Source: Bacteriovoracia bacterium (GTDB lineage: Bacteria; Bdellovibrionota; UBA1018; CAIPTA01). From it: 64,000 nt of DNA. The notes under the pieces were generated by a model. The model worked only from the letters and a program-made list of their open reading frames with translations, did no database searches and was not told the origin of the DNA. Location of the stretch: NCBI GenBank assembly GCA_050246755.1, contig JBFWVL010000001.1, positions 1,849,266 to 1,913,265 of the forward strand, in the 5' to 3' direction. Positions 37,260 to 46,875 of the stretch are shown here, piece by piece (position 1 is the stretch's first letter; each line of letters starts with the position of its first letter). The position numbers were made by a program, and so were the translations under genes.

Positions 37260-38404
37260 TATAGGTTCCTCGAAATTAAGATGCGCTGCACCTGGCTCGT
37301 GCCTTCCACAATTTGCAGCATTTTGGCTTCGCGCATGTAGCGCTCCACCGTGAATTCTTCCATATACCCATAGCCGCCCAAAACCTGCACGGCATTCACG
37401 GTGATCTGCATGCAGGCCTCCGTGGCTTTCAGCTTGGCCATAGAGGCCTCCAGCACGAACGGTTCGCCGCGGTCTTTCACCATCGCGGCCTTTAGCACGA
37501 GCAGCCGCGAGGCCTCGAGCTCCGTGGCCATGTCGGCGAGCATAAAGGAGATGCCCTGAAAATCCATGAGCGGTTTGCCGAACTGCTCTCGTTCTTTGGC
37601 GTAGGCCACGGCTTTATTGAGGGCGGCCCGGGATATCCCGTTCGCGATGGCCCCCATGGAGATGCGGCCGGAATCGAGCGCCCGCTTGGCCACCACGAAG
37701 CCTTCTCCCTCGGCGCCCACGATATTTTCGGCCGGAATTTCTACGTTATCGAAAATCAATTCTTGGGTAGGCGAAACGCGCATGCCCATTTTCTTTTCGA
37801 TCTTGCCGCCCTTCACGCCGGGAAAATTCTTTTCCACGATGAAGGCGCTGATCCCCTTGGATCCCGCGCCGCCCGTGCGGGCCATCACGAGGAAAGTATC
37901 GGCGGCTATTCCGTGCGTGATGAATTGCTTCACGCCGTTGAGAATATATTTATTTCCTTTTTTCACGGCGGTGCTCCGCAGGCTGGCGGCATCGGAGCCG
38001 GAATTCGCCTCGGTTAGGCAAAATGCCCCGATCGCCGTACCCGCGATCAGGGGAGGAATATACTTTTTCTTCTGAGTGTCCGTGCCAAATTTGTCGATGA
38101 TCGCAAGCGGCAAACCTGTTACGGAAAAGGAAACGGCGTAGCCCGAGGAAACCTGAGAGATCGTCTCGAGCATCAGCGTATATTCCGTGGCACCTAGGCC
38201 AGCGCCGCCGAAATCGGGAGAAAACATAATTCCCAATAGGCCTGCTTGTCCGGCTTTGGGAAAAAGTTCCGGGCGGAAACGCGCCTGTGCTTCGTCTTCT
38301 TCGATGATGGGGGAAATTTCTTTGGCCGCGAACTTAGCGGCGATATCCACAATTTCTCTTTGGGTTTCGCTGAGGGTGAAATCCATTTTGATCTCCGTTG
38401 CCAC
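37259..38404 (-). CDS. Acyl-CoA dehydrogenase
   Basis: CLTEANSGSD, REQFGKP, QVLGGYGY, IVEGTSQVQR. Confidence 0.93.
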   Translation of the reverse strand: MATEIKMDFTLSETQREIVDIAAKFAAKEISPIIEEDEAQARFRPELFPKAGQAGLLGIMFSPDFGGAGLGATEYTLMLETISQVSSGYAVSFSVTGLPLAIIDKFGTDTQKKKYIPPLIAGTAIGAFCLTEANSGSDAASLRSTAVKKGNKYILNGVKQFITHGIAADTFLVMARTGGAGSKGISAFIVEKNFPGVKGGKIEKKMGMRVSPTQELIFDNVEIPAENIVGAEGEGFVVAKRALDSGRISMGAIANGISRAALNKAVAYAKEREQFGKPLMDFQGISFMLADMATELEASRLLVLKAAMVKDRGEPFVLEASMAKLKATEACMQITVNAVQVLGGYGYMEEFTVERYMREAKMLQIVEGTSQVQRILISRNL

Positions 38405-38540
38405 GGTGGGCCAAGACTGACACGAGATCCGTCTCGCACACGTTTCCGTTATAACTTTAACTATTCGAAAAACAAGGTTTATTCGGATTAACCCTTCGTG
38501 TTAAGATTTTTTCGAGTCACTGCAAAAACAGGTAAGTACC

Positions 38541-40280
38541 ATGAAGTTAGAGCTCATCCCCGTTGTCCGGTACTGGGATTACAATTCGAAAGAAATTTTT
38601 TCGCTCCTGGAGAAGTTCCGGGAAAGCGGCGCGGATACTGTTGCCGCTTTCGTGCCCTGGTCTCACCTCGAGACGGATCGTCATCACCTTCTGCAAAAAT
38701 TCGTGAAGCAAGCAAGCGCGAGCGGATTCTCGCTGCGTCTCGGGATTTGCCCGGAGCTCGGGATCGGCTATTCCAATGCCGGAATTCCCGATGATCTCTT
38801 GCGCGATCGTCAGAATCTCGCGCAGGATCGCCTTGGCCATCCTTTCTACGCTTGCGTGCCGCCTAATATTCATCCGCTCGTGAGCCTGCTCGCGCCAAAC
38901 GTGTTCCAGCGCTACGGCCACTTTCTCCTGAAGTTCACCCAGGAAGTCACCGAGGTCCTGAACGAAGGCTTCGCGGGGAATATCGAACTCGTGGTCACCG
39001 ATAGTCTCTTCAAACATTATCGCAATACCGGCCTCGCCGCTTCCGATCACGGCGATTTTTCTCTGCGCCACATGCAATTCGGCGCCGGCTATAAAAAAGA
39101 AGAGTGGACTCCCGCCCTCGCCGAGAGAATTTTCCACTCCCGTGCTTGCGATTTCCTCAACTCGCGCTTCGCCAAATATCCCGGCGTGAAGGTGGTTTCT
39201 CAGAATCTTTTTTCGCGCGATGTCTCGCACGGTCGCCTCCTCGAGGAAATGATCGGCTCGGGCTCCAACCAAACCGAGCTTTTCCGCGCGCTCGTGAAGG
39301 CCCGTTCTTCCTGCTCGGTGGCTTGGCTCGACGATCTCCACCAGCTGCGCGATCGTGAGCGAAATTTCCTCGTTTCCTCCTCACTCGTGACCTTCGGCCA
39401 AACCTGGATCAACGAATACGATTATTTTTCGCTCTCGGCTTCTTTCCGCAAGAAGATCCGCAAGCTCATCCAGGGTTTTTCCACCGATGAAACCGAGCTT
39501 TCCCGCCCCGCGATCTCGATCGTGCAGAATCGCTTCGCGCCGGCCCGTATTTCCTGCCTCCTCCAGGAAAAGCTTGGCGTGGGCCTAAAATTCAAAACCT
39601 CGCTCAACGATATCGACGCCAATGAGCGCAAACGCACCAAGCTCTTTGCGGTGGAAGAGGGCTATCCCCTCGAACTGCGCCAAACGATGGACCTCCTCTC
39701 GATCGCCCGCGACCGCGATTGCACCGTGGTTTTCTTCCGCTCCTCGCTCTGCGAAGCGGGCCTCAAAGAAATCCATAAGCTGAAAACCTTCCGCCTCAAT
39801 CACGGCTGGCTCTTCGAGATCGGGATTTTCCCGAACGGCGGCCACGTGCTCCTGATCGAGGGCCAGGAAGCTTCCCAGCTCTCCATGGACACGCTGGGCG
39901 ACTCGCTCGTATCGGTGGCGCGCATCGAGCCGTTCTGCTCTTTCGACCGCACCGGCAATAGCGTGCACTCTTTTTCCGTGGACTGGCGCCTAAAAGACGA
40001 AACTCCCGAGGAGCGCGCCGCGGGATCGATGAAGACTCTTTTCCTCGTGAACCCCGATACCGAGCAGCGCAAGCTCGCCCTCGAGTTTTCCGGCAAAGTG
40101 CGTCTCCACGGCCTGCAGCAGGGCGAAGGTGCCTCCGCGGAGCAGAGCGAAGGCGCCGAAGGAAAAGTGTTCGAAACGGAACTACCGGCCCTCTCGGTAA
40201 TTCCCCTCAGTATTTTTGTGGCCGCCGAGCCGGCGGTTGCGGAGAAAAGCGAAGATGGAACTCAGGCAGAACTGGCATAA
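38541..40280 (+). CDS. GH35/beta-galactosidase-like protein, catalytic motif apparently lost
   Basis: GADTVAAFVPWSHLE and LRLGICPELG..NAGIP resemble the GH35 N-terminus; no ENE motif found. Confidence 0.6.
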   Translation: MKLELIPVVRYWDYNSKEIFSLLEKFRESGADTVAAFVPWSHLETDRHHLLQKFVKQASASGFSLRLGICPELGIGYSNAGIPDDLLRDRQNLAQDRLGHPFYACVPPNIHPLVSLLAPNVFQRYGHFLLKFTQEVTEVLNEGFAGNIELVVTDSLFKHYRNTGLAASDHGDFSLRHMQFGAGYKKEEWTPALAERIFHSRACDFLNSRFAKYPGVKVVSQNLFSRDVSHGRLLEEMIGSGSNQTELFRALVKARSSCSVAWLDDLHQLRDRERNFLVSSSLVTFGQTWINEYDYFSLSASFRKKIRKLIQGFSTDETELSRPAISIVQNRFAPARISCLLQEKLGVGLKFKTSLNDIDANERKRTKLFAVEEGYPLELRQTMDLLSIARDRDCTVVFFRSSLCEAGLKEIHKLKTFRLNHGWLFEIGIFPNGGHVLLIEGQEASQLSMDTLGDSLVSVARIEPFCSFDRTGNSVHSFSVDWRLKDETPEERAAGSMKTLFLVNPDTEQRKLALEFSGKVRLHGLQQGEGASAEQSEGAEGKVFETELPALSVIPLSIFVAAEPAVAEKSEDGTQAELA

Positions 40281-41115
40281 ATTTCACCGGATCCTCGGTC
40301 CCTTGCCTCCGCGCAAGTCCGGCATGGCGGTATTGCACGCCCACAAGCGCATCGTCGCGGCCGCGCTCGGCCTCGCCGCCGGCTCTCCTTCCTCTTCCGG
40401 GTTTATCGATCAGGGCATGGCCGCCGAAGACCTCGACGGAGCCTGGGAGCTTTTTTCCCATAAGTATAACGTGGCCGGTGCCACCTTCATTGATCACGAG
40501 CAACTCATGACGGCGCTCTCCCAGGTGGCCGCCGTGCGGGCCTCTTCTCCCGCCACCGATCATTTCTACGCCCAGATCACGCGCCTGCGCGAAATGCTCA
40601 AAGTGGAGCGCGGAGAGAAAACTCTGCTCGCCACGCACTACGGTGATCGCCCGGTGGAAAATTTCTGGCCCCGGAAAAATTTCCTGCTCTCCATCTTCCG
40701 TTCCTTCTTCGGCGAGCTTTTTCCCGAGAGAAAGCTTCTCCTCCTCGGCGTGGTAGACGGTCCCCATAATATGGATGCGCTTCTCCTCGAGTTCCAGGGC
40801 CACGAGCTCAAGGGATTCTGCGAGCCCGATTTTTCCACGATTGATTGGAAGGGCAGCGATTTATTCTTGCCGGAAACGGCTTCGCGCTTCGTATCCTGGT
40901 GCGAAAATTACTATATGCTTCCCGCTTACTCCTTGTTCTTAACCCGCAGAGTTTGGGAGGACTGCCGCGAGATGCAGATGCTCCACGGCGAGAAACAAGC
41001 CTGGCGCTATTTGCAGAAAATGCTCTCGGCTCGCGACGTGGAGAAGGAAGTACTCTTCGAGCCTAAGCCCTGGCCAATGAAGGCGCTCGTGCGCTGGCAC
41101 GGGTTCCGGAAATAA
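40255..41115 (+). CDS. Hypothetical protein
   Basis: ATG 40255 with GGAG upstream; overlaps the previous gene; host-like codon usage. Confidence 0.7.
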   Translation: MELRQNWHKFHRILGPLPPRKSGMAVLHAHKRIVAAALGLAAGSPSSSGFIDQGMAAEDLDGAWELFSHKYNVAGATFIDHEQLMTALSQVAAVRASSPATDHFYAQITRLREMLKVERGEKTLLATHYGDRPVENFWPRKNFLLSIFRSFFGELFPERKLLLLGVVDGPHNMDALLLEFQGHELKGFCEPDFSTIDWKGSDLFLPETASRFVSWCENYYMLPAYSLFLTRRVWEDCREMQMLHGEKQAWRYLQKMLSARDVEKEVLFEPKPWPMKALVRWHGFRK

Positions 41116-41272
41116 TCATAGAGCTCCGCTTCTTCTTCCGGCCTACCTGCTGGATATCCATTAGAGCTAAAATGCCCCGGCTCCAGATTCCCAGCACAGT
41201 GTAGAACTGCGTTCTCCGCTAAGAACCCGGCTTTCCTCGTGACCAATTGGGACAAATTTCCAATTTAGAGTC

Positions 41273-41288
41273 TGGCCAGTGTTTTGCA
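41273..41288 (+). promoter_or_regulatory. Sigma-54 (-24/-12) promoter
   Basis: TGGCCAGTGTTTTGCA = TGGC...TTGCA with exact GG-N10-GC spacing, about 40 nt before ATG 41330. Confidence 0.6.
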
Positions 41289-41329
41289 ATGTCTCTTCCG
41301 CATTCAGGAATTTTCACCAAGGAGAAAAA

Positions 41330-41827
41330 ATGATTTTTAAGAAAGCAGTTATCACCCTCGCCCTCGCCGGTTTCGTGGCCTTGCCCGCATTCGCCGCAAA
41401 AAAAACTTTTACCTGTGAGCAAACGACCGATGCCAGCGGCAATATGATCTACCTGCCGGTAAAAAAAGTGGCTAAAGCAAAAGTAAAACACCGCCGCGTA
41501 GCAAAAGCTCCCGTGAAACGCGTGTATCGTGACGAGACCAAAGTGGTGCGCGCCGCTCCCGTGGTGGTGAAACCCGCTCCCGCACCGGTATATGAGCCCG
41601 TATTGCACGAAAAAACCGCCGCCGAAAAACGCGCCGAGTGGCTCCGGGCACATACCCCGAGCGGTCCCATTTACGGGAATACTTCGGGCTGGGCCGGACG
41701 CAGCACGATCTCTTACCTGCATGGCACCGACAATCCATTCGGTAAGCTGGCTTTGAATTCGGATATCGGCCCGAGCGCCAGTGACTATCGGAACACCGCT
41801 ACCGAAAGCAGCGACGAAGGCCTCTAG
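41330..41827 (+). CDS. Exported basic hypothetical protein
   Basis: AAGGAG RBS; signal peptide ending AFA; K/V/P-rich linker. Confidence 0.75.
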   Translation: MIFKKAVITLALAGFVALPAFAAKKTFTCEQTTDASGNMIYLPVKKVAKAKVKHRRVAKAPVKRVYRDETKVVRAAPVVVKPAPAPVYEPVLHEKTAAEKRAEWLRAHTPSGPIYGNTSGWAGRSTISYLHGTDNPFGKLALNSDIGPSASDYRNTATESSDEGL

Positions 41828-41848
41828 GCCAAGTTAGTTCCGGAAAAT

Positions 41849-41884
41849 AAAAAAGCCTGGGCATCATTGCCCGGGCCTTTTTTT
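41849..41884. terminator. Bidirectional terminator
   Basis: aaaaaagcctgggca...tgcccgggccttttttt between convergent genes. Confidence 0.6.
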
Positions 41885-42352
41885 GCGCACGTAGAGCGTC
41901 TTCACCACGGCCGCCACCACTTCGCCGGCTTCGCCGAGAATTTCCACCGGCTTATCGAATACGTATTTTTCCTGGGAATCCGCATGGGCTTTCACGTCGG
42001 CTATTTCCGCTTCCGTAAAACGGAACTTTACGCTCACGCGGCCCAGGCCCGGCTTCTTGAAATCGATTTTCGCGGCCTTGTCCCACACGATATATTCCCG
42101 CCCGAGGTTCTGCAGGAGAATGATCATGAAGAAGGGGTCGGTCATGGCGTAGAGCGAGCCGCCAAACTGGGTGCCCACGTAATTTCTATTATACCAGTGC
42201 AGGCCCATCGAAACGTCGATTTCGCGGAAGTCGGGGGAGATGCGCGTTATGCGGATGCCGGCGAAGAAAAAAGGCGGATAGAGATTGGCGAGGAGGCGCA
42301 GGAGCCAGATTGGGAGAGTACGGCTGTTTTTGCGGAGCAGGTTCGCGGACAT
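41864..42352 (-). CDS. Hotdog-fold thioesterase-like (DUF4442-type) protein
   Basis: NRNYVGTQFGGSLYAMTDPF, VWDKAAKIDFKKPG. Confidence 0.85.
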   Translation of the reverse strand: MSANLLRKNSRTLPIWLLRLLANLYPPFFFAGIRITRISPDFREIDVSMGLHWYNRNYVGTQFGGSLYAMTDPFFMIILLQNLGREYIVWDKAAKIDFKKPGLGRVSVKFRFTEAEIADVKAHADSQEKYVFDKPVEILGEAGEVVAAVVKTLYVRKKRPGQ

Positions 42353-42388
42353 GCCTTTAGCTTATCCGCGAACGCGAGATTGGGAAAG

Positions 42389-42718
42389 TTAGCGGCAGAG
42401 GCGGATGCCGGTTTCGCCGGCCGTGGGGCCGTTTGTTTTCAGGAGGCTCACGAGGCATTCGGCGGGCTCTTTCGAGGTGGCGCCACGGCATAGGGAAACC
42501 GCGTCGTCGATCACGATGGAATCCACATTTTTAAGTACGTGCTCGAAGCAGGCGGCGGGGGCGTCTGATTTGGCGCCTTCGCAGAGCTTCAGGGCATCGT
42601 CTTGGCTCATGAGCACGTCGAGGGTGCCGAGTTTTTGGTAGCAGCGCATGGCGCCCATACCGGCATGAGCCGAGCTAGCTACGAAAAGGGAAAGGGCGAG
42701 GATGAAGAGGGGGCGCAT
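42389..42718 (-). CDS. Small exported Cys-repeat protein
   Basis: AAGGAG RBS; signal peptide; repeats ALKLCEGAKSDAPAACF and AVSLCRGATSKEPAECL. Confidence 0.75.
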   Translation of the reverse strand: MRPLFILALSLFVASSAHAGMGAMRCYQKLGTLDVLMSQDDALKLCEGAKSDAPAACFEHVLKNVDSIVIDDAVSLCRGATSKEPAECLVSLLKTNGPTAGETGIRLCR

Positions 42719-42844
42719 GGAAACTCCTTAGAATTAAAGTGAGGAGGCCGATATAGCACAATGCGTTATTTCGGTAAATTGATTTAGTCGCATTGCGGCA
42801 AATTCCTTGTGTTTTCGGGCCCGAAACGCCATATTGGGCCACCC

Positions 42845-44068
42845 ATGGACATCCAGGAAAACCTCGTCAGCTTGAATCCGGCCATCGCCGCCGCTCCCCT
42901 CGATGAGCGCGCGAAGATTTTCGATATGCCCGCGCAGCCAGCAAAATTGCTCGAGACGCGTAAAGCCATCACGGGTTTCACGATCGGCATGCTCCAGCAG
43001 GAACTCGCTGCCATGGGCAAAGAGAAGTACCGGGCCGAACAGATCTTTTTCTGGCTCTACCGCCGTCGCGTGACTTCCTTCGCCGACATGACGAACCTCT
43101 CCAAGGAAGTCCGCGCTTACCTCGAAGAAAATTTTTATATTCCCAGCGCGCCTTTGGTGAGCAAGCAAATCTCCGCCGAAGACAAAGCCCAAAAATACCT
43201 TTTCCAGCTCGGCGATGCCCGCACCCTCGAGACGGTACTGATGCCGATCAAGGACCGGCTTACCCAGTGCGTTTCTTCGCAGGTGGGCTGCGCCATGGCT
43301 TGCGCTTTTTGCAATACGGGCGATATGGGCCTCATGCGCAACCTGAAGACCCACGAGATCGTAGACCAGATCCTCCAGGTGGCCAGGATGTATCCGCCGG
43401 AAATCACGGCCCAGTACGGCGACCGCATCACGAATATTGTTTATATGGGCATGGGCGAGCCGATGCATAACCTGCAGAACGTGCTCGATTCGATCGACAT
43501 CCTCACGCATCCCCACGGCTTCAATATTTCCCACCGCAAGATCACGGTTTCCACGAGTGGGCTCGTGCCCCAGATGCTCGAGCTCGGGAAGCGGTCGAAG
43601 GTGAATTTGGCCGTTTCGCTCAACGCCACCACCGATGAGCTGCGCGATGAGATCATGCCCGTGAACAAGCGGTATAATATCAAGACGCTGCTCGAGGCCT
43701 GCAAGCAATACGAGCTCGGCCCCGGCCGCCGCATCACTTTCGAGTACGTGATTCTCAAGGGCCTCAACGATTCCCGCTCCGACGCGCAGAGAATCCTGAT
43801 GCTCCTAAAAGGCATTCCGGCGAAGGTGAATTTGATTCCCTATAATCCGCACCCCGCGAGCCCGTTCCAGCGCCCGGAGCTGCCGGAAGTGTACGCTTTC
43901 CAGAAGTACTTGCTCGACCGCAATATGCAAACCAACGTGCGCATCTCGAAGGGCGTGGATATTCTCGGCGCTTGCGGCCAGCTGCGCTCGAAAGAAGCGC
44001 TCAAGAGCAAATACGCCGAAACGCGCGCGCGAAAATCCGCCGCCGGCCAGCCCGAAGCCCGCGCCTAA
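42845..44068 (+). CDS. rlmN: 23S rRNA m2A2503 methyltransferase RlmN
   Basis: CVSSQVGCAMACAFC, MGMGEP, KVNLIPYN, GACGQL. Confidence 0.95.
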   Translation: MDIQENLVSLNPAIAAAPLDERAKIFDMPAQPAKLLETRKAITGFTIGMLQQELAAMGKEKYRAEQIFFWLYRRRVTSFADMTNLSKEVRAYLEENFYIPSAPLVSKQISAEDKAQKYLFQLGDARTLETVLMPIKDRLTQCVSSQVGCAMACAFCNTGDMGLMRNLKTHEIVDQILQVARMYPPEITAQYGDRITNIVYMGMGEPMHNLQNVLDSIDILTHPHGFNISHRKITVSTSGLVPQMLELGKRSKVNLAVSLNATTDELRDEIMPVNKRYNIKTLLEACKQYELGPGRRITFEYVILKGLNDSRSDAQRILMLLKGIPAKVNLIPYNPHPASPFQRPELPEVYAFQKYLLDRNMQTNVRISKGVDILGACGQLRSKEALKSKYAETRARKSAAGQPEARA

Positions 44069-44070
44069 AT

Positions 44071-44757
44071 TTATTTGGATTTCTTGACCGAAGCCGGCAC
44101 GCGCTTCGGCGGCTTCACGAGCGCGGGATCGCCGTAAGCGGGATCCTTCTTCAGCGCGAGCTCACGCTCTTTCATTTCTTTTTGGTCGCGCTGGTATTCT
44201 TCCTCGCGCGCCACCACCACCGCGTGCATGCACTGCATGCGTTCCGGGAAACTAGAGAATTTATCCCGGCAATTATAGGTAGCGAGCGCGGGCACGTTGA
44301 GCTCGAGGCAGGCGATGCGTTCGCTGGTGGTGGTGCCCATTGCGTTGCAAGCATGCACTTGCGCGGCTTCGCGGCCTTCGCGCACGCAACGAAGCTGATC
44401 GTCCTGGCGCGAGCTCACCTTTTTGCATTCTTTCACGAGTTCGGGAGTGGGATAGGAGCGCATGCAGCTGAGCGTATTGTCGACCGACCAGTTTAAGCTT
44501 TTGCAGAGTTTTAAGGTGTCCACGCTGGCGCCGCTTTTTAGGGCCTTCATGCGAATTTCGATCGAGGAATGGAACTCCACCACGGCGCGAATGTATTCAG
44601 AATCCACTTCGAATAGCTCCGCGTGGTTCACGCAATTTTTCGTGAGCTGAGGATCGCGGCCCGTGAGGCGGCCACAGGCATCGGCAATTTTATTGCGTAC
44701 CACGCCGGCTTCCGCGGGAAGCGAGCACACGAGTAGAAGTAGGAGGGCAAACTTCAT
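44071..44757 (-). CDS. Exported Cys-rich repeat protein
   Basis: Signal peptide; repeated paired-Cys helical units; C-terminal RVPASVKK. Confidence 0.75.
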   Translation of the reverse strand: MKFALLLLLVCSLPAEAGVVRNKIADACGRLTGRDPQLTKNCVNHAELFEVDSEYIRAVVEFHSSIEIRMKALKSGASVDTLKLCKSLNWSVDNTLSCMRSYPTPELVKECKKVSSRQDDQLRCVREGREAAQVHACNAMGTTTSERIACLELNVPALATYNCRDKFSSFPERMQCMHAVVVAREEEYQRDQKEMKERELALKKDPAYGDPALVKPPKRVPASVKKSK

Positions 44758-44785
44758 CCGAATCTCCGAGTAACTGGCTCAGATA

Positions 44786-44812
44786 TTATCGGATTTTTAC
44801 CAGGTAACTTGA
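44786..44812 (-). promoter_or_regulatory. Sigma-28-type promoter
   Basis: TCAA-N15-TCCGATAA upstream of ATG 44757. Confidence 0.55.
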
Positions 44813-44834
44813 GAGGGAAATGGCGGGAATTGCC

Positions 44835-45818
44835 TTACAATTGGGGGCGAGTACGACGCTGCGGGGCAGGGGCCTGAGTAAGCAAAATCTTTGAATTCAT
44901 AGAAGAAATTTGGTGTCCGACCTGTTTTTCTAGATTAACGCTTAGCGTTGCACTTAAGTCTTTATCGTGCAGGAAGAAGACGGGTCGAGGGATCCGTCCC
45001 CAGCTCCTCACGGAACCAGGTAAAGCGCCTAGGTAGATAGAATTCTGGTCGAATAGGGCACATTCGGTTTCGAGCGGCCTATGCTCAGCCGTAAAGCGCA
45101 GCACGGCCCCCGCACGCAGCAGGCGCCCAAAGAGCAGACGGCTGCGCAGGCGGCTCATACCGAAGGAATTGCTATAGATCCTTACCTTCACGCCGCGCTT
45201 CATGGCATCGAGCAGGGAGCGGCAGAGGCGAGGGGAAATACGAGCGTCCGTGAGACAAAGAGAAATTTCTTTGCGGGCCCGGCTGGCGTACACGAGGAAG
45301 TCCTTTTCGGCGCCCTTGCCGCCGCGGAAAGAGAATTCTTTGTGACGAACCACGAGCGCCACGCTTTCGGGGTGTCCCTCCCAGCGGTGATCGAAGTAAC
45401 GGGCCGCCGTTTTCGCGGGAGCGCGGGCCAGCGGACATTCCACCGAAAGGCGGCCGGGATCGGGCAGAGCTTCCAACTCCCTGCACTGGCTGCGGTTCCC
45501 GCCGAGTGCGCTTTCGCGGTCGAAGATCCAGAATTCTTCCTCGGTGGAGGAGTCCACGCCAAGCCAGCGGCGGGAACCTTCGCGAACTTGGATCCCGCAG
45601 GCGCGCATCCGCGCCAGGTGGCGGATCGGAAAGAGCGGCTTATGATTGAGGTAAACTTTTACGCTGAGGCCGGATTTGGCCGCGTCGAGCAGGGTCTCAA
45701 ATTGTTCGGGGTCCCAGGAGCGAACGAAGGAGGGGGCGGTGAGCACGAGGATCTCGCGCTTGGCATCCGAAATACTTTGAATTTTACGAGCCATCCTCGG
45801 CTCGTGCAAAAGCTCCAT
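44835..45818 (-). CDS. Phospholipase D-like two-domain protein with degenerate HKD motifs
   Basis: ISDAKREI..AAKSGLSVKV and RARKEI..AMKRGVKVRI; HxK positions replaced (TEEEFWIFD, ETECALFD). Confidence 0.6.
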   Translation of the reverse strand: MELLHEPRMARKIQSISDAKREILVLTAPSFVRSWDPEQFETLLDAAKSGLSVKVYLNHKPLFPIRHLARMRACGIQVREGSRRWLGVDSSTEEEFWIFDRESALGGNRSQCRELEALPDPGRLSVECPLARAPAKTAARYFDHRWEGHPESVALVVRHKEFSFRGGKGAEKDFLVYASRARKEISLCLTDARISPRLCRSLLDAMKRGVKVRIYSNSFGMSRLRSRLLFGRLLRAGAVLRFTAEHRPLETECALFDQNSIYLGALPGSVRSWGRIPRPVFFLHDKDLSATLSVNLEKQVGHQISSMNSKILLTQAPAPQRRTRPQL

Positions 45819-45865
45819 CTTTTAAATTGTTTCAGATTTTTTAGGAAAACCAAAACGGTTTCTTG

Positions 45866-46864
45866 TTAGGCCAGATCGCCCTGAAGCCAGCCGCGGGCCC
45901 GCATTCCCTGTTTCAGCTGCTCTACGGGGTGAATTTTCTGGGTAGACCATTCGGGGCCCACTAGTTCTTCAGGATGGGGCGCGAGGCCATGCGTGCGATG
46001 AATAACAATTTTCTTATCGAGGTGGCGTAAAAAGAGGGCGGCCTTCCCGAAATATTCTTCCATGGAAAGCAGAGTAAACTCCCCGGCTTTATAGCGCCGT
46101 TCGAGCTTAGTTTTCTTAAGAATATGAAGGTGGTGGAGCTTCACGCCGTGCACGCCGATTTCGTTCAGGGTATGGGCGGTTTGGATGATGTCTTCGTCGG
46201 TTTCGCCGGGGGCGCCCAAGATTAGGTGCGCGCTCACGTCGAGCTCGTTTTTATGACCGGCGTTTTTGAGCCTTTGCGAGAACGCGAGGGCGCGCTTCAG
46301 GGCATCGATGGCGCAGGCGGCGTCGTGGCCGCGCTCGAACCAGTCGAGCATTTTATCATTGAGCGACTGCACGCCGAGCTCGAGCTGCACGTCGACGCGA
46401 TCTAGGTAGGTGGCGAGCAATTCCAGGATCTCATCGGGCAAGCAATCGGGGCGGGTGCCCACCGCGAGACGAACCACGTTGGGAAAAGCTACGGCCTGAT
46501 CGTAGCGTTCCTTGAACTCCACGATCTCCTCGTGGGTGGTCGTATAGCTCTGGAAATAGGCCACGAACTTTTCGGCCTTGAAGCGCTTCTTGATGGCGCC
46601 CACGGCGGCGTCCATTTGTAGGCGCACGGGAAGCTCGCGGCGCTGGTTGGCGAAGAAGGAGGCGGAACCGTGCACGTCGCAGAAGGAGCAGCCGCCCCAG
46701 CCTTTACGGGGGCCGAAGGTGCCGTCCCGCGTGGGGCAGGTGGAACCGCCGCTGAGGGTGATCTTATAGGTCTTCACGCCGTAACGGGCGATGAGGCTGT
46801 CACTATAGGTGGTGAAGGGGGCTTGCACAGGGAAGGGAATAGCGGGGCGAGGACGTAAAGTCAA
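45866..46864 (-). CDS. TIGR01212/YhcC-family radical SAM protein
   Basis: TCPTRDG..GGCSFC, YFQSYT, GTRPDC, ELGVQS, GVKLHHLH. Confidence 0.9.
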   Translation of the reverse strand: MTLRPRPAIPFPVQAPFTTYSDSLIARYGVKTYKITLSGGSTCPTRDGTFGPRKGWGGCSFCDVHGSASFFANQRRELPVRLQMDAAVGAIKKRFKAEKFVAYFQSYTTTHEEIVEFKERYDQAVAFPNVVRLAVGTRPDCLPDEILELLATYLDRVDVQLELGVQSLNDKMLDWFERGHDAACAIDALKRALAFSQRLKNAGHKNELDVSAHLILGAPGETDEDIIQTAHTLNEIGVHGVKLHHLHILKKTKLERRYKAGEFTLLSMEEYFGKAALFLRHLDKKIVIHRTHGLAPHPEELVGPEWSTQKIHPVEQLKQGMRARGWLQGDLA

Positions 46865-46875
46865 AAGGCGAGTGG

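Noticed and set aside
42736-42755. Plus-strand TAAA...GCCGATAT upstream of rlmN
   Set aside because: Spacer is 8 nt, far from the ~15 nt needed for sigma-28.
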